Source of the DNA: the human T2T-CHM13v2.0 reference genome, Homo sapiens
NCBI RefSeq assembly: GCF_009914755.1
Contig: NC_060927.1
Strand: one strand, 5' to 3'
DNA: 64,000 nt
Program-made: the position numbers and the translations under genes
Shown: piece by piece, positions 39,301 through 53,988 of the stretch
Position numbering within the stretch: position 1 is the stretch's first letter
Layout: the number at the start of each line of letters is the position of its first letter
Notes under the pieces: model-generated
Database searches by the model: none
What the model saw: only the letters and a program-made list of their open reading frames with translations
What the model was told of the DNA's origin: nothing

Positions 39301-42300
39301 CTCACAGAGGAGACAAAGCAGATGCTTACTTAAGATTACTCTCAGAGGGGTTGTGCGAATGATGAGGAGAAATATTCCTAATCCTTTACATACATTTGGC
39401 CCTCTTCGGTTTGTAAAATCCTCTCACCTCTAGTATTGTATTTGGTTGTTAAAGTTACGCTCCATGGGGAACCCGGAGGAAGGGACTTCTGGGATGGGGA
39501 GAGATGGATGGAGGTTCACGGCAGAGGTAACTTTTGAAAAAGGTTTTGAAAGAGAGGATGAAGTCACTAGGGTCATAGATTAGCAGAAAGAAAGGAGAAA
39601 AAAAAATCAGCACAGACTGGGGAGAAAAAGACACAAGTTGCAGAATGCTGATGATGGCTTATCCCTTTTACAGATAAAAGCCAGGCTGGGGGTTAAGTGA
39701 CTTCCTAGGAACAGTTCAGAAGGAGCTGAGCCAGAATTCAAACCAGGCTTGGCTGACTGTAGAAATCGCACTCCATAATCATGTCGTTGATAGGAAACTG
39801 GGAGGGTGCTGGTGATTCTGGGAGCAGACTCCTATTTTTAAGCAGCTTAGGGATTCTGATGGGTGCCAGTGTGGATTTCCACAGGTGAGGTTTCCAGGGT
39901 CAGGACACATTAACTGAAAAGTCCTCAATTCCCTTCTTTTCCTCCAATTGTTGGCACTGGCAAATTAAACCCTACTCGATCAGCATTTATACTGACACAG
40001 ACCTGTCCACATGCACAGATAATGACCTTCATTTGCATTCGATGTCTTAATGTCTAGAGGAGGCCTGTACTGTTCACCCTTGACTTATGTTCCTTCTCAC
40101 CCCTGACTTTGTTCTCTTGTCTCTGAAGTGTTTGAGTGGGTCCTATCTTTACATCTTCCAGGGGCCAGTTTTGAAGTTTTCTCTTAATCACCTTACTTTC
40201 CGGTCACAGAAAACTCTGGCACACTTTTGGGTTTCTGTCTCAATCGTGGAGACTTAAAGGCGTCTTGTGAGCAGTCACTTGATAAGGATTAAGAGCCAGA
40301 GTGACCTGTAGCCCGCCACCCACCCAACCCGGTCAGAGCCTGCTGCGTGGCAACACTCTGAGGGCCTGGGTGTTTGGTGTGCTTTCTCCATCCACATCAT
40401 TCTTTGATTATATGAGACATCTTGTCAGAAAACCTAAAAATCTTACAGCATCAAGGAATTCTTCTCTGAATGTTAAAGTTGTTGCAGAACCAGATGTTCT
40501 GTGCGCTAAGTGGTGGCTCAGAGAAGCGTCAGATCTACCGCTAAACGGTGGTGCCTTCTCGCCTGCGCTGTCTGCTGTTGTGTTTAGGCTTGAAACCACA
40601 TGAATCCCTGCTGCGGACTCCTAAGGGAGCATTAGCCCCATCAGGGTAGCGGCTGGGGTGCCCAGCTGAGTCATTTGGTGGGGGTGGGGGCTGGGGCCCC
40701 ATGGGACCTCAGAGCTGCGGTGCAGAGGCTACAAGACCACCTGTGGGCCCCACTTAGTCACACCCTGTGGAGGCAGCCACAGTTGGGATGAGGCCCCCAC
40801 CAGCCTCCCCACTGAGCGGGGGCATCCTACCCACTGCTGCTGGGAGGGAAAATCAGGTGATCTCTTGAATGAGCCAACCCCAGGAGGCTGTAGCTACTCC
40901 AGCGTGGAGGACAGAGAAGGGACAGCTGATGGGCAGTGGCAGAGATGGAAGGAAAAGCAGGCTGGAGGGCTCACTGCCCTCTTGCCTTTGATACAGGCTC
41001 TTTTAGGGTATGTGGTCCTCAGGAAAAATACCTCTTGCCTAACTGCAGAAGGCTGGGGATGTTGGATTACTCTGCAGCTCTCCTTTAGCCCATGGTTGAA
41101 GATCCCAGAGACTCCTGGAGACTTGTGGAATGACAGCTGCCAAAAGGCAACCCAAGAGAACCAATGGAAAAGCCCTCAGATGCCACTCGGGCAGGGAGGA
41201 GCCCAGCTGCCCTGAGAGCAGCTCCTTGCAGACAGCAGCATCAGGGATGGCAAATGGGTTTTCATCTCACCCCACACTGGGTCATAGAATTTATCTGGGG
41301 CACTGTATTGAGAAGGGTTCTTGGAAACCCAGGCTGACTTGGAAAGAATGACATTTGACGAGTCATGAATGAAAGAGGTGTCTGTGTGCAGAGCCATGGC
41401 CCTCCCTGCCTAGTCCCATGTCCCAAGGGCACATTCCCTGCATTGGTGGCTGCTCAGCCATGTAAAAACACAACAGCCTGTCTAGATCAGATACTTCACC
41501 TTTCCTAATTCCTGCTGGAACTGCCTACAGACAAGGTGACAGGACCTCTTCTCCCTGTAGATAGAAACAGTGTGTTTCTTGTCATCTCTGGAGGGAGGGA
41601 AAGAGGGACCACGTAAAGAAGCTCTGTCTTAAGTTGAGAACTCTGCAACTAGCTGTTCACCCACAAGTTAATCTTGTTTAAACATAATAGATCATATATT
41701 TCCCTCTCCCCTTTTGGTCTTCCCCTCTCTCCTTTCACTGGAGATGGGAGTATCCCCCTCAAAGCTGGGGCCAGGCTGATGCCTACTATGAAGTCCTCAC
41801 TACCCAAGAAGTGGAGGTAGAAGATCCAAGGTGAGAGTTTCCGCTCTGTGCCTTCCCTCGCCGTGTGACCCTGGGCAAGTCACGGGACTTTGCTGACCTG
41901 GGTTTCCTGTCTGTACATCGCGGTTCCTACCACCTCACACATCCGTTGGGTGGTAGACATGAGCTAAATGAGACCTGGCAGGTGGGAGGCATGCACAGAG
42001 GGAGGGAGCAGGCGAAAGAGCAACAGGCCCAGAGCACAGCCAGCCAGGAAGCAGGGGCTGCGGGGCTGACAGCAGAGCTGACAGAAGCATCATTTCCTAT
42101 GGTTCCAAAACTCTGCAAGACACCTTGGCTGTGGGCACGTTGTCACTAAGAAAAGTCAGAGTGGGCATCTTGACTCTAAGAGCCTCCTCCTCTGGAAAAT
42201 CCCTGTGTCTTTCTCTCTCTTGAACTTTAAATCTTTAAGTGTCCTTCAAAGTTGAGGCAGGGCATGGTTGACGTTAGCGTTCTTTTCTCTGTTGAATTGG

Positions 42301-43184
42301 TCACAGATACTTGTGAGTTCTATCCATGTCTTTAGTGGTTTCCTCCACTTGCTTTTACTGCCCAGAAGTAGAGCTTTCATTGATTTGGGGAGTGGACCCT
42401 GAGTTCTGTGTATTCAAGGCAAACCTCAGATTAATCATGAAATCATTCATGGTTCACTGGTAGATTTGTCCTTCAACTCAAGCACCTGATGGAAGGCGAT
42501 GCTGTCGAGTACTCAAATGACCAGGGGAAGTGAGCCCTCCTCCACTGTAACTCACAGCGCCGCTCATTCCCCGAGATGCAATCTCATATTCACTGACTTG
42601 GGCCCTGGACAAGCCTGGGCTTTCAGAGAAATGTGACTGTGGGGTGACCTGACATAGCCCTTGGCAGATCAAGGGAAGAGGGAAAAAAAATTTCCTTTCC
42701 CTGCGGGAACTTGAATTTTGGTGCCATCCTAGTTTTGGTGATAGCCTTTTTTAATAAGCAAATTTTTATTAACCTTGATCTACATTTAAGTTTTCACAGT
42801 AATTTATATGCTGCATACCCTTTTTTGAATAATTTTAGCACTGTTTGCCTTTGCTCTAGTGCCAACTAAACTGAGAATCTGTGTTAGTCTATAGATGATG
42901 ATTTGAAAGGCCATGCTATTGGAGCTATTTAATCTGAATAAGTGGTGAATTCATTATGAGCACTTTGCCTGAGAGAATCTAGATGCTGCACCCTGGGCAT
43001 GTTGCAGTTAAAAGACCAAATATTTGATTCCCAGCAAAGAAACAGCAGCCCATTTTTCTAGTATAGTCAAATGCAGGAGACTAAATTCTTCTTGAAAATT
43101 AGAAATTTGAGCAGCATTAAGAAGGAAGGTTGGTAAAGAAGACCAAACAGTAACTTAAGTACACAACAGTAACAATATGAAACT

Positions 43185-43680
43185 AACATAAGTGCCCATC
43201 AACAAATGAATGGATAAAGAAAATGTGGTATATAGACACAGTGGAATACTATTTGGCCATAAAAAAGGAATGAAATCCTGTCATTTGCAGCAACATGGAT
43301 GGATCTGGAGGCCATTATCTGAAGTGAAATAAGCCAAGCACAAAAAGACAAATATTGCATGTTCTCATTTATATGTGGGGGCTAAAAAAAACAAAAAACA
43401 AAATTGATCACGTGGCAAGTGGAAAGATAGATAACAGAGACTGGGAAGAGTGAGTTAGGGGAAAAAGGAAAGGAGGAAGAGAAATGGGTTCAAGGGCACA
43501 AACATCCAGTTAGGTAGAAGGAATATGTTTGATAGCAGAGTAGAATGACTATAATTAACAAAAATGTGTGGTGCTTGGGTGATGGACGCCCTAGATACCT
43601 TGACTGGATCACTAGGCACTATATACATGTAACACAATTTCATATATACCCCATACATTTGTACAAATGAAAAAAATATA
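43185..43680 (+). mobile_element. L1MA-type 3' end
   Basis: gaatggataaagaaaatgtggtatata...gaaatcctgtcatttgcagcaacatggatg...A-rich end. Confidence 0.88.
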
Positions 43681-46600
43681 AGACATGTCTTCTGCTAATT
43701 ATAGATTTCACTTCTATATGTTGGAATTCTGCCCGGTTAACATAACTCTTATATTTTCGGAGGTGTGTTTTTGAGTGAATTGCATATAAAGACGGCCTGA
43801 TCAGATAGAACACTGTCCATCTACATTTCAGAAGGTCCCGATACCTTGGTCTACTCTGGCTACTTCTGTAGGACAGCATATTCGTCGACTAACGTGGACA
43901 GTGAAATATCGGGGGAGAACCTGCCCCCCCATGGTAGCTAGAGTGTTCTGGAATGCACCAGCGCTGCCGTTTCTGGAGGAGCAGTCTGTGCTGGGCTCTG
44001 CTTTACCTCGGGAAGGGCAGATTGGATAGTAAGGAATAGCTCGTGTGTAATCAGTGTGCGGAAAATAAACACTGTATGTGCATGATCTCACTCAATCCTC
44101 ATCACAGCATGGTAGGTGGTACTATTAACACTTTATAGATGGGAACCTAAAGCTCAGGAAGGTCGAGCAACTTTTGCAGGGTCGCGGCGCTGGGAAGTGC
44201 TAGAGCCAAGACTGAAATCCAGAGCTGCTGAACCAGAACCCACCCTCAGGTTGTCCTGACCCACATATCCGCATGTGGTTACCTGTGTGCACATGCACAC
44301 AGCCCTCCTGTCAGTCTGCAGCCATTGGCTGGCTGGCGGCATCTGGTTTGGACTGGCGCATCTTAGACTTGGACTGGCTCATCTCCCAGCCCCGACCCCG
44401 AGTGATACTGAATTAGCCTCCTTTAAAAGAGGCAAGATGCAGGAAAGGCCCCTCTGCGGGTAGAGAGGAGAGTGGGAAAGAGGATCTCCCGGGGATACTG
44501 ACCGGCTCATGCATAAATCAGTAAGACAGGAGTTAGATGGGGTGTGACTTTCCGAGCTGCTGCCGCCAGCAACCACTGCTCAGACAACCACTTCACAACC
44601 CTAGGGGTTGTTGAGACGGTAGGAGTTCAGGAAGGGGTATCAAGTGCAGCCCTTGCAAAGGATGTATCTGAAATATATGTTAATTTTGACCTGCTGAAAT
44701 ATGAGAAACTTCACTACCCTCACCTTAGCTTGAAACAGGGAATGACATGTCCTTTGGTGGCCAGATTTGAGAGGTGTCAAAGTAAAAGGAGAAGGACGAT
44801 TCACTACAACCACAGCCAGACTGGAGCTTCCACACCCAGGTGACTCATCTGAACGACTTTAACTCCCTAATAATTACACATGAGAATGTCTGCTCCATCA
44901 TCCTTTAAGCCTGGTGCTGAGTTTTTCTCACAGTGGGGGTAGACACCTCCCTACTTTCTCTCTTTGCCTCTCCTGCTCCCTCTTCCTTGCCCTCAACATT
45001 CCATTGGAGATTTTCCAGTTTGTTCCATTACGGGTTAGTTCACTTGACCTCTTCAGAAACTAGCTATACAGGATCCAGAAGCAAAGGAGCAATTTTCCAG
45101 ATCAAAAGTAGGCTCAATGTGGCAGCAAGTGGGATGCTCTCAGGAGGTGGTGGGGTGCTTTTGCTTAGGAGGGGAGAGCCCAGGAGCCCGCATTCCTGAA
45201 AAATGCTTTCCTGAGAGCTGCGGGTAATTTGCTTCAAAAAAAGTAACATGCAAAAGAGCCTTTTTGCCTGACAAGCACCTCCTGGGTAACATTTCCAAGC
45301 AAATAAGTTCTATTAGCTAATTCAGTGCTACTAAACATCTATGAGGAAACATTATGAGAAGATTCAAAAGCAGTAGGACATCTGGCCCTTGTGCTTATCT
45401 GTATTTGATAAGATGACACAGGAAGCAAATACAGAAAGCAACGTGTTAACAAGGGCAAAAGATCAAAATGGAAACTTAATACCTGCGTGTCACTACCTTC
45501 TGTTTAAAAGGGGAACTGGCTGAAGTCTTACCTTGACCCAAGAGAGAGCCTGTGAAATCTGCAGACACTTTCTGAAGTTGGGGACAACAGCTTCCAGCCA
45601 GAGGCAACGCAAGGAACCAAGTGCAGGGGCTGGTGGGAGGAGAGTTTCCTGCAGATCATGATTAGATAAGAGTAAGGACCTAGGTTTGGGGGAAAAGATG
45701 GTGGCAGCAGTGACCGGAGCCACGAAATGAGCCTGAAAATTCACACAGCCATCATGGGGCGTCTCACTTTAAGGAACTCAGAAGTTGGAGTCCCTGCCAG
45801 ACAGCACTTAGGTGCAGGAGAGAGGAAGGGCGAGTCCAACAGGGCGTGCACTTAACCCTGGTCTGACCTTTCTGCCCGCCTGTGCACCTCCTCTGTGCAT
45901 GAAGCAGGCAGCTCCTGGCTGTTGATAAAGTGCCGTGGACACCTTCTGCTTCGTGCAGATGCACGATGATGGGTTTGGGCTTTTATTCTGAATTCCAGTG
46001 AGGATGCTGGCAGGAAGGGAGTGCCTAGGTATGTTCCTAGAATATTGATATTTCAACATTGGTAGTGCTGAGCAGCAGCTTTCCTTGTGGCCTAACCTGG
46101 GAGGCCACGAGCATTGGTTAAAATGTCACCTGGGCTCTGACAAGCCCTTAACCATGGGTGAGGATACAGCCTGTGCTGCCTGCCAAATACGATTCCCAGA
46201 ATGCCCCCTGAAGTTAGCTGGCACCACGGCAGAGTCAAGAATATCGGAGCAGGGAGGAGTGAAGAGGGATTTGGCACTGGCTTCCCGGTGGCTGGAAACA
46301 GTGTGTCAGCGTCACTGGACTCGCCGCCCAGCCAGCCAGCCAGGCCTCTCTCACCCCACCCTGTGCACTTGGGCTTGGGTTCGTGTCAGTGGCAGCTGCA
46401 CAAAGCAGTTGCTGAGCTTAAGTTTCCCCACCCAGCCTTAGAACACATTCTGCCCTTTAGTCTAGGGAGGATGAAATCACCCCTTGTTCCGTGCAGCACT
46501 TCACTGGCACTTTCCTTTCATTGTGAGGCACTTGGCGTTTGGGCCCCGGTTCTGCACTGACCTCCCAGTGCTCTCCTCCGAATTTCCTACATTCTGACCT

Positions 46601-49309
46601 TCGTGGAGGGTGTGCCAGGTGCCGTTTGTAACAATGAGTTGAGCAGAGCCATGATCCTCCCTGAAGGAGCTTGTGTGCTAAGGGAGAGCATGGGGCGTGA
46701 GTCAGGTATACCCAGGAGTCTAGTCTGTGAGACTGTGCAGGACATGAGGGTTATGCACAGACATTGTTCCGTCAGCCACTGAAGACTCGCTTCACTGTGC
46801 ATGAAACCACTTCTCCCCATTGGCTACTTCGTCCAACGATGTATGAGTTTGTACATGCTTATTATACACATGAAATACCTGCATACATGCACGTTTTCCT
46901 CAACTTGGCAGATCTGATAAGCTCCAAAAGTACATTTTCTCCCCACCGCCCATACCCTGACCCACCCTCCTGCTCCTGCCCCGACAGCACCACCACCGTG
47001 CTGCCCGGGTTGCCCTTTACTTCCAGACGTCCTAACTACATTTGTAACTCCCCTGCTTCAACTCCTTCATTTCCTGTGTATTCTAAATATTGACTGTGTC
47101 TGGTAGAGCTGGACTATAGTATATGATACTGAGAAGTGTGTCACCATAAAAATGCACTTATAAAACTGCTCTCACCTGGAAAATGTTCTGAATATGACTG
47201 TCTACATCAGGTATATATATTCAGAGTTCTTTAAAACCTGCGTCTTTACAATGAAGCCTACTGTCATGTCTCTAGGGAATGTGAGAATGAGGAAAAGAGG
47301 TTAGTATTTAGGGATAGTCATTTGTATGAGAAAGCTATACAAGGTGAACTAGACTGAGTTTCCACCTTTTACAAATCCTCTCTCTTCAGGGCCTCAGTTT
47401 TACCACCTATAAAATGAGGAAGTTGAATCAAAGGGTCTCTTGTGCCCTTTGTAGGGTCTAAGATTCCAATAAGCAACATTCAGAGTGCGGATAGGAGTTC
47501 GTGAAATATGAAACAGGAAGGTGTGATCCTTAGGGTCTGAGTCAGGGATCAGAGTACAAGGGGCTGGTTAGAAAAGGGGAGGGTTTGGAAAGGGTTAAGG
47601 AATTTGGAGACCGTCCACATGGCCGATGATCTCTTTCCCCCTAAAGAGATCTAGCTGTGTGGAACCTTTCTTCCAAACCACTCTTAAGTCAATAACAGTG
47701 CTGGTACCCTTCTCAGTTCTTCATGAAGTCCTGTAGATGGCGAGACGGATAACATCTTCCATCACTTCTTTCTCGGTGTGTCTAGGCGGGACTGACCTTG
47801 AGTAAAACCATTTCAGCTCAGAGCTTTCCAGTATAAAAGCCCATCAGATGATAAAGCTGAGATGGAACGTGGTTGCGTTGAAGCAGCTTATTGGTGAGGA
47901 TGTGTGTGTGTGTTTTCAAAGATAAATGTATCTTTCCCCGAAACAACAGCATAGAACTTTGGAAAGATGTTTCCCTAGGCTTAAAACAAACACAATGCAT
48001 TGTTGTATAAAAGTAGTAATGGATCAAAGTTGAATACTACTGGAATCCAGAAAAGAATAGAAGAAAACCACGAAAATTGCTAAAATCCTCATACATAGCC
48101 AGTGGGAATGTTCTGGCATATTTCTTAGCTAATTGAAAGTGCAGGGGAAGTTGCCTAAGCGAGATGTCATAAGCCAGCTTGGATGCTGATGTGGGGAGAA
48201 GGGTGAGTGAGCCTGATTGTTCTCTATTCAGAGTCTCAAATGGGCTCGCCCTGCCCTTGTCCAGCACGGGTGGCCGGCCCCACCTTTTTCTCCTCCTGTC
48301 CTCTGGTTTCCTCAGCCTGGCAGCCTAGGTGCCCAGGACCCAGCAAGTGTGCACCCTGTGTACCATGGTCCCTGTGCACCATGGCACCCTGTGGGTGCCC
48401 AGGAAATCCTCCACCGGTGGCCCCAGAATGACTTGAAAGGATTATTCTGAGGCTGGCTCTTCCTAGGGATTTCATCAGAAACGGGTGTGGTTCTCTCTGC
48501 TGGGATGAGCCCATCTTTGTTGCGCTGTATCATCCAAGAACAACTATGGAGTCTGGGAAGGGTGATTGGTCATTCCAGTCCAGCTGAAGATTATATAATG
48601 TGGCCTGTTTTGGTAATGTCATTCAGAGCTCAAAAACAGAACCAGACTGACACCTTGATTTATGCCGTTTGGATACCCTTCATGTGGCTTAGCTGGTAAA
48701 AAGAGAAATCAGTATCCCTAAAATTTTTATCCCAAAGAAAGAAAGGAACTATCTTTACCCAGGAGCTGAGCACTGAAATTAGAGTCAATACGTGGATTGC
48801 AGTGCTGACTCTATCCCAGCTCTAGGCAGATGACATACTGATTTATAATACTTTTGCATAATGCTTTCCAGTTTATGGGACATTTTTATAGCCATCTGAT
48901 CCTTACAGTAACCCAGTGAGGTAGCTGGTGAGGTGATCTCTTTCAAAAAAGAAAGAAAGAAAATAGACCAGGTTGGTGAGCTAGCTGACTTATACACTCA
49001 TTCACCGTCCTGTATACACACAACTGAAACTCTTCTTATTACAGGCCATTGCTTTTTCTACTGACACACTAATGTCACAAGGCTGTGGCAGAAATGTACA
49101 GAACCTGTGAAATACAGGGATATTAATATGCATGTGGTCTGAAGTCACTGTACTTTTGGGACAAAGAGAACTGAATTCCTTGAATTTGGGGCTGGCCAAC
49201 AAATTCCGGGTATGGAATCCCATTTTTAAAAAATTAATAGACTCACAGGATAGAAGAAGAAAAAAAATTAAAAAGAATAAAAGGATGATAATTTTTTAAT
49301 AAGAAAAAA

Positions 49310-50183
<874 letters not shown>

Positions 50184-50888
50184 TGATCTTAGAAAAATTA
50201 GCTCTAAAGACTAATTTTTTTTTCTTCCTCTTCAATGAAAATAATCACCCTAGCTCATAAAAGGGACAAATGATTTAAAGTCCGTTAAGTGTCCCATATT
50301 CCTGCTTTTGAAGACATAAATATTATCTTCAAGCCTCCTCCTCCTGACATTTTCTGAGGGTTTAAATACATGGGGAGGCCAAATCTCTGTTTCCAGGCCT
50401 ACCCCGTACCCCCTTCTAGTCGTTTCCATCACCTGAGCATCCCTAGGCATTCTGAGAACATCCAGTTTGTCTTCCTGCCTAGTGAGAGCAGTAGACATGA
50501 AGCTGCCATTTGAGTTGGAAAGACCATCTTCGCCTCCTTGCGTCTTCCCAGAGGGGATTCTCAAGGGCAGAGAAAGCAACAAGACCATTTTTCTAGGACC
50601 CATCTTCTCCCCCATGACCCTTTCTTTTGCCCTCAAGCCCCCCTCACCCTCAACGCCTCATTCTCTGATTTGGCTATAAAAGATTCCACAAAAATGTTCC
50701 ATCGTTTAGGTGGTAAACGTAAAACTCTACCTGAGCAGACTTTCTCTGAGGAGGTGATTGATTACTCGGTAGTCTTTCTTAGAACAGCCTCTTCTTTTGA
50801 ACCTGGGAAGAAAAAAAAATACCCCACTTCTCAGAATGATTCGCATTTGCATCATACAATCCAACTTCCTCCTCCGTCTGTCTGTCTT

Positions 50889-50890
<2 letters not shown>

Positions 50891-50950
<60 letters not shown>
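50891..50950 (+). repeat. Compound microsatellite (TC)11(AC)19
   Basis: Direct reading. Confidence 0.97.
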
Positions 50951-50954
<4 letters not shown>

Positions 50955-52203
50955 TCCCTCTCTCTGTCTCTCTCCCTCTTTCCAGTCAAGGACATTTCAA
51001 GAGGTTGGTCAGTACCACCCCCATATCTAAAACTTCAGTGTTTGCCTTCGCAGGGACTTTTCCAACTTTACCTAGAAAAGAACTAACCAGAACCTTAGCA
51101 CTTGTGGTCAGCCTGCTTCCGGCTGTGGCTTCAGTTAGTTTGTCTGCTCCGAGAGAGGAAGCACTTGCTGTGACGGGAACTGTACTGGCTGGATTGTAGG
51201 AGGACCGGGGCAGACAGTGCCTAATGACATCGGTATGTGAGATGCCAGCAGCAAGGAGTGAGTGAAGCAAAGCAGACTGAAGCCAGAGTCAGACCCAGTG
51301 GCAGATGCGGCCGACAGATGCTCAGTGACCCCGTAATCCTCTCCCCACCTTCCCCTCCCAACCGCATATACACACACACACCCCAAGATAATTCACAACA
51401 GACAAAGTGTCTTAGCTGAAGATGACTTTTCCAAAAATCCATTAGAAGCCAAGACACTGAGACACGTTTTTGATCTTGAATAGATAATACAGGCAAGATT
51501 CTGCAAACATTTCTAGGCCTTCAGACGCTGGCTGGCTGGAGAGGCGTGGGTGACAGGCTTCACTGGAGTCATTCAGCACTCAAACAAGCTCAGAGTTTTG
51601 TATGAAAGTCTTAGCTAGAGAGAAAGTAATTGGATTCAGGTGTTCTCTCTGTGCCTATTCCAGTAACTGGGTTATAGTCTAAACATTTGCACTTTGAGAT
51701 TTAGATTCTCTGTGCAGAGGGGGACCCTGTTGGTGGGGAACCTTATACCACACTAGAGCCTGTCCTACTGCACAGGATGCAAAGCCAACGGGAAATTGAG
51801 AGAACAGCTTGGCTAAAATTGCTAATTAATTTTAACTACCAGGTACTTCTTGGTAATTTGAGATTTAATTTCACAGCCCAGGATGATTATTTAATTAAAA
51901 CACTGGCAACACCTAAATTTGGGGCTCTCCCCCACTTCAGTGCAGAAAAGATAAGAATGCTTGCCAGTGGGATCCCTCGTAGCCCAGCTTTTCATTATTA
52001 GATATTAAGGGAGGCACTGGGGGAGACTCTGTGTGGTGGTGATTGATAAATTTCTGGACCAGAAAATCCTTTTGCTATCTTTGCATTGAAGGCCTCCTAT
52101 GAAATGGAGAATGAGGCTTTATCCCTAGGATGGGAGCACATGGCCCATGTGGCCTGCACAAAGTATGACCTTCTTTGAAACGCCGTGTTTTAACATTTGA
52201 TTG

Positions 52204-52441
52204 AGCACTTTGGGAGGTGGTGGTTGGATCACCTGAGGTCAGGAGTTCAAGACCAGTCTCTACTAAAAATACAAAAATTAGCCAGGCATTGTGGTGCATG
52301 CGTGTAGTCCCAGCTACTTAGGAAGCTGAGGCATGAGAATAGCTTGAACCCGGTAGATAGGCAGAGGTTGCAATGAGCTGAGATGGCGCCACTGCACTCC
52401 AGCCTGGGTGACACACCAAGACTCCGTCTCAAAAAAATAAA
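52204..52441 (+). mobile_element. Alu, 5'-truncated, with internal deletion in the left arm
   Basis: Begins at agcactttgggagg; gaccag is joined directly to tctctactaaaaat. Confidence 0.9.
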
Positions 52442-53694
52442 TTGACCTTTCTATCTGGTCTACGTAACTTTTTGAATTTAATATAAAAATATTTCAATCA
52501 TTTACCATTGATTAAAATGGATATTGTACATTCTAAAAAGATGCATTATTTCTTTTTATGGCTTTATGTACCCCTTGGGTGGGGCCATCAAGTCCCAGGA
52601 TTACAGGTATGCCATGTAGCAGCACAAGACGCAGGGCATCAGTGCCTCTCCACCACCACTGAGGCGAGGGGCAGAGATGCCAGGAGCGGCCCTTGGCATG
52701 CTGATGGGCCCCATTCGTGTCTTCAGCACACACTCTTTAGACACTCACCCTTGGAGGTAGGGCCTCCGTGCAGCTCCACAGAGGCGAAGAACTATGCATT
52801 GAGACCTGGCCGGTGACCACAGTTCTTGGACTAAAGCAGCTTGAGAATAGAGACCTTGTCTTTCTCATCTTTAGATCCTCAGCGCTCAACCCCATGCAGG
52901 ACACAGATATTGTAAAAGTTCAGTAAAAAGCTGTTGAATGGAGAAAGTCTGTGCATTTTGCATTTATTTGTTCAAAGACCCTTCTGAAATCATTGCCTAG
53001 AGGGCCAGGAGGTACATATGGCATGAAAGAAGGTGAGGAAAATTCTCATTTTAATCTGTAGTCATTTGGTCACTTGCTATTAGGAATAAGGGAGAGAAAC
53101 TGTTCCTTAAACTTTCGGCTATGTGCAGACTCTTGCATTGGTTTTCTGGAGTCTTTCGAAGGCCTCATTAATGTGGACTCTGTTTGGAAATGTGTGTTTT
53201 CTATTTTTATAGAAGGTTTGCTAAGCAAATGAACATATGAAGGATTTGAAAGCCAGATTTTAGATGGATTCGCTAACATTTTAGGCAGTTTAGATTCATT
53301 TGCATGTCAGTAATAAGTGAGCTACAGGTGAGTTCCGACTGCTAGCAGTGAGGACTGTGAATGTCCATCCTCTCTCCTCTCCCCTGGTCTGGTAAGGCAC
53401 GGCGGCCTTTCACAGAGTTCCTGCTTCCTTCTGTTTCCCTCTAGTCTTCAACAGTCCAAGCTGCTCCTGCCTGTCTGCCCTCATCCCCAGCTCCAGCCAC
53501 ACTGGAGCCTCACTGTGCCAGTGGCCTCTGTGAAATGCCCTCATGCTTGCCCAAGGGCTAACCTTCTTTAGGGCCAAGCCTTGCTTGAAGAGGATTTTAG
53601 CCAATCAATCAGTCACTGGTTGTTGGGTCTTACTTGGACACTACTCTCTCTACCGCTCCTAGATACAACATAGCCTGCATTATTCCTTAGTTAG

Positions 53695-53988
53695 TTTTTT
53701 ATTTGTTTTCAGAGAGTCTTTCTGTCACCCAGGCTGTAGTGCGGTGGCACAATTATGACTCACTGCAGCTTCGACCTCCTGGGCTCAAACGATCCTCCTG
53801 CCCCAGCTTCCCGAGTGGCTAGGACTACAGGTGCCCACCACCACACCGAGCTAATTATTTTTATTTTTTATAGAGATGGAGTCTCACTCTATTGCCCAGG
53901 CCAGTCTCAAACTTCTGGCCTCATGCTATCCACCCACCTCGGCCTCCCAAAGCACTGGGATTACAGGCACCAGCCACCAGGACTGGCC
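53695..53988 (-). mobile_element. Alu (AluJ-like)
   Basis: tcactgcagcttcgacctcctgggctcaaacgatcctcc; diverged. Confidence 0.9.

Noticed and set aside
48350-48400. Degenerate ~16-nt direct repeats (ccctgtgyaccatgg) with a 7-bp hairpin
   Set aside because: Only 2-3 imperfect copies; ordinary local duplication.
50538-51199. Overlapping ORFs with LSLS/THTH or CVCV/ERER runs
   Set aside because: Translations of the stop-free (TC)n(AC)n microsatellite.
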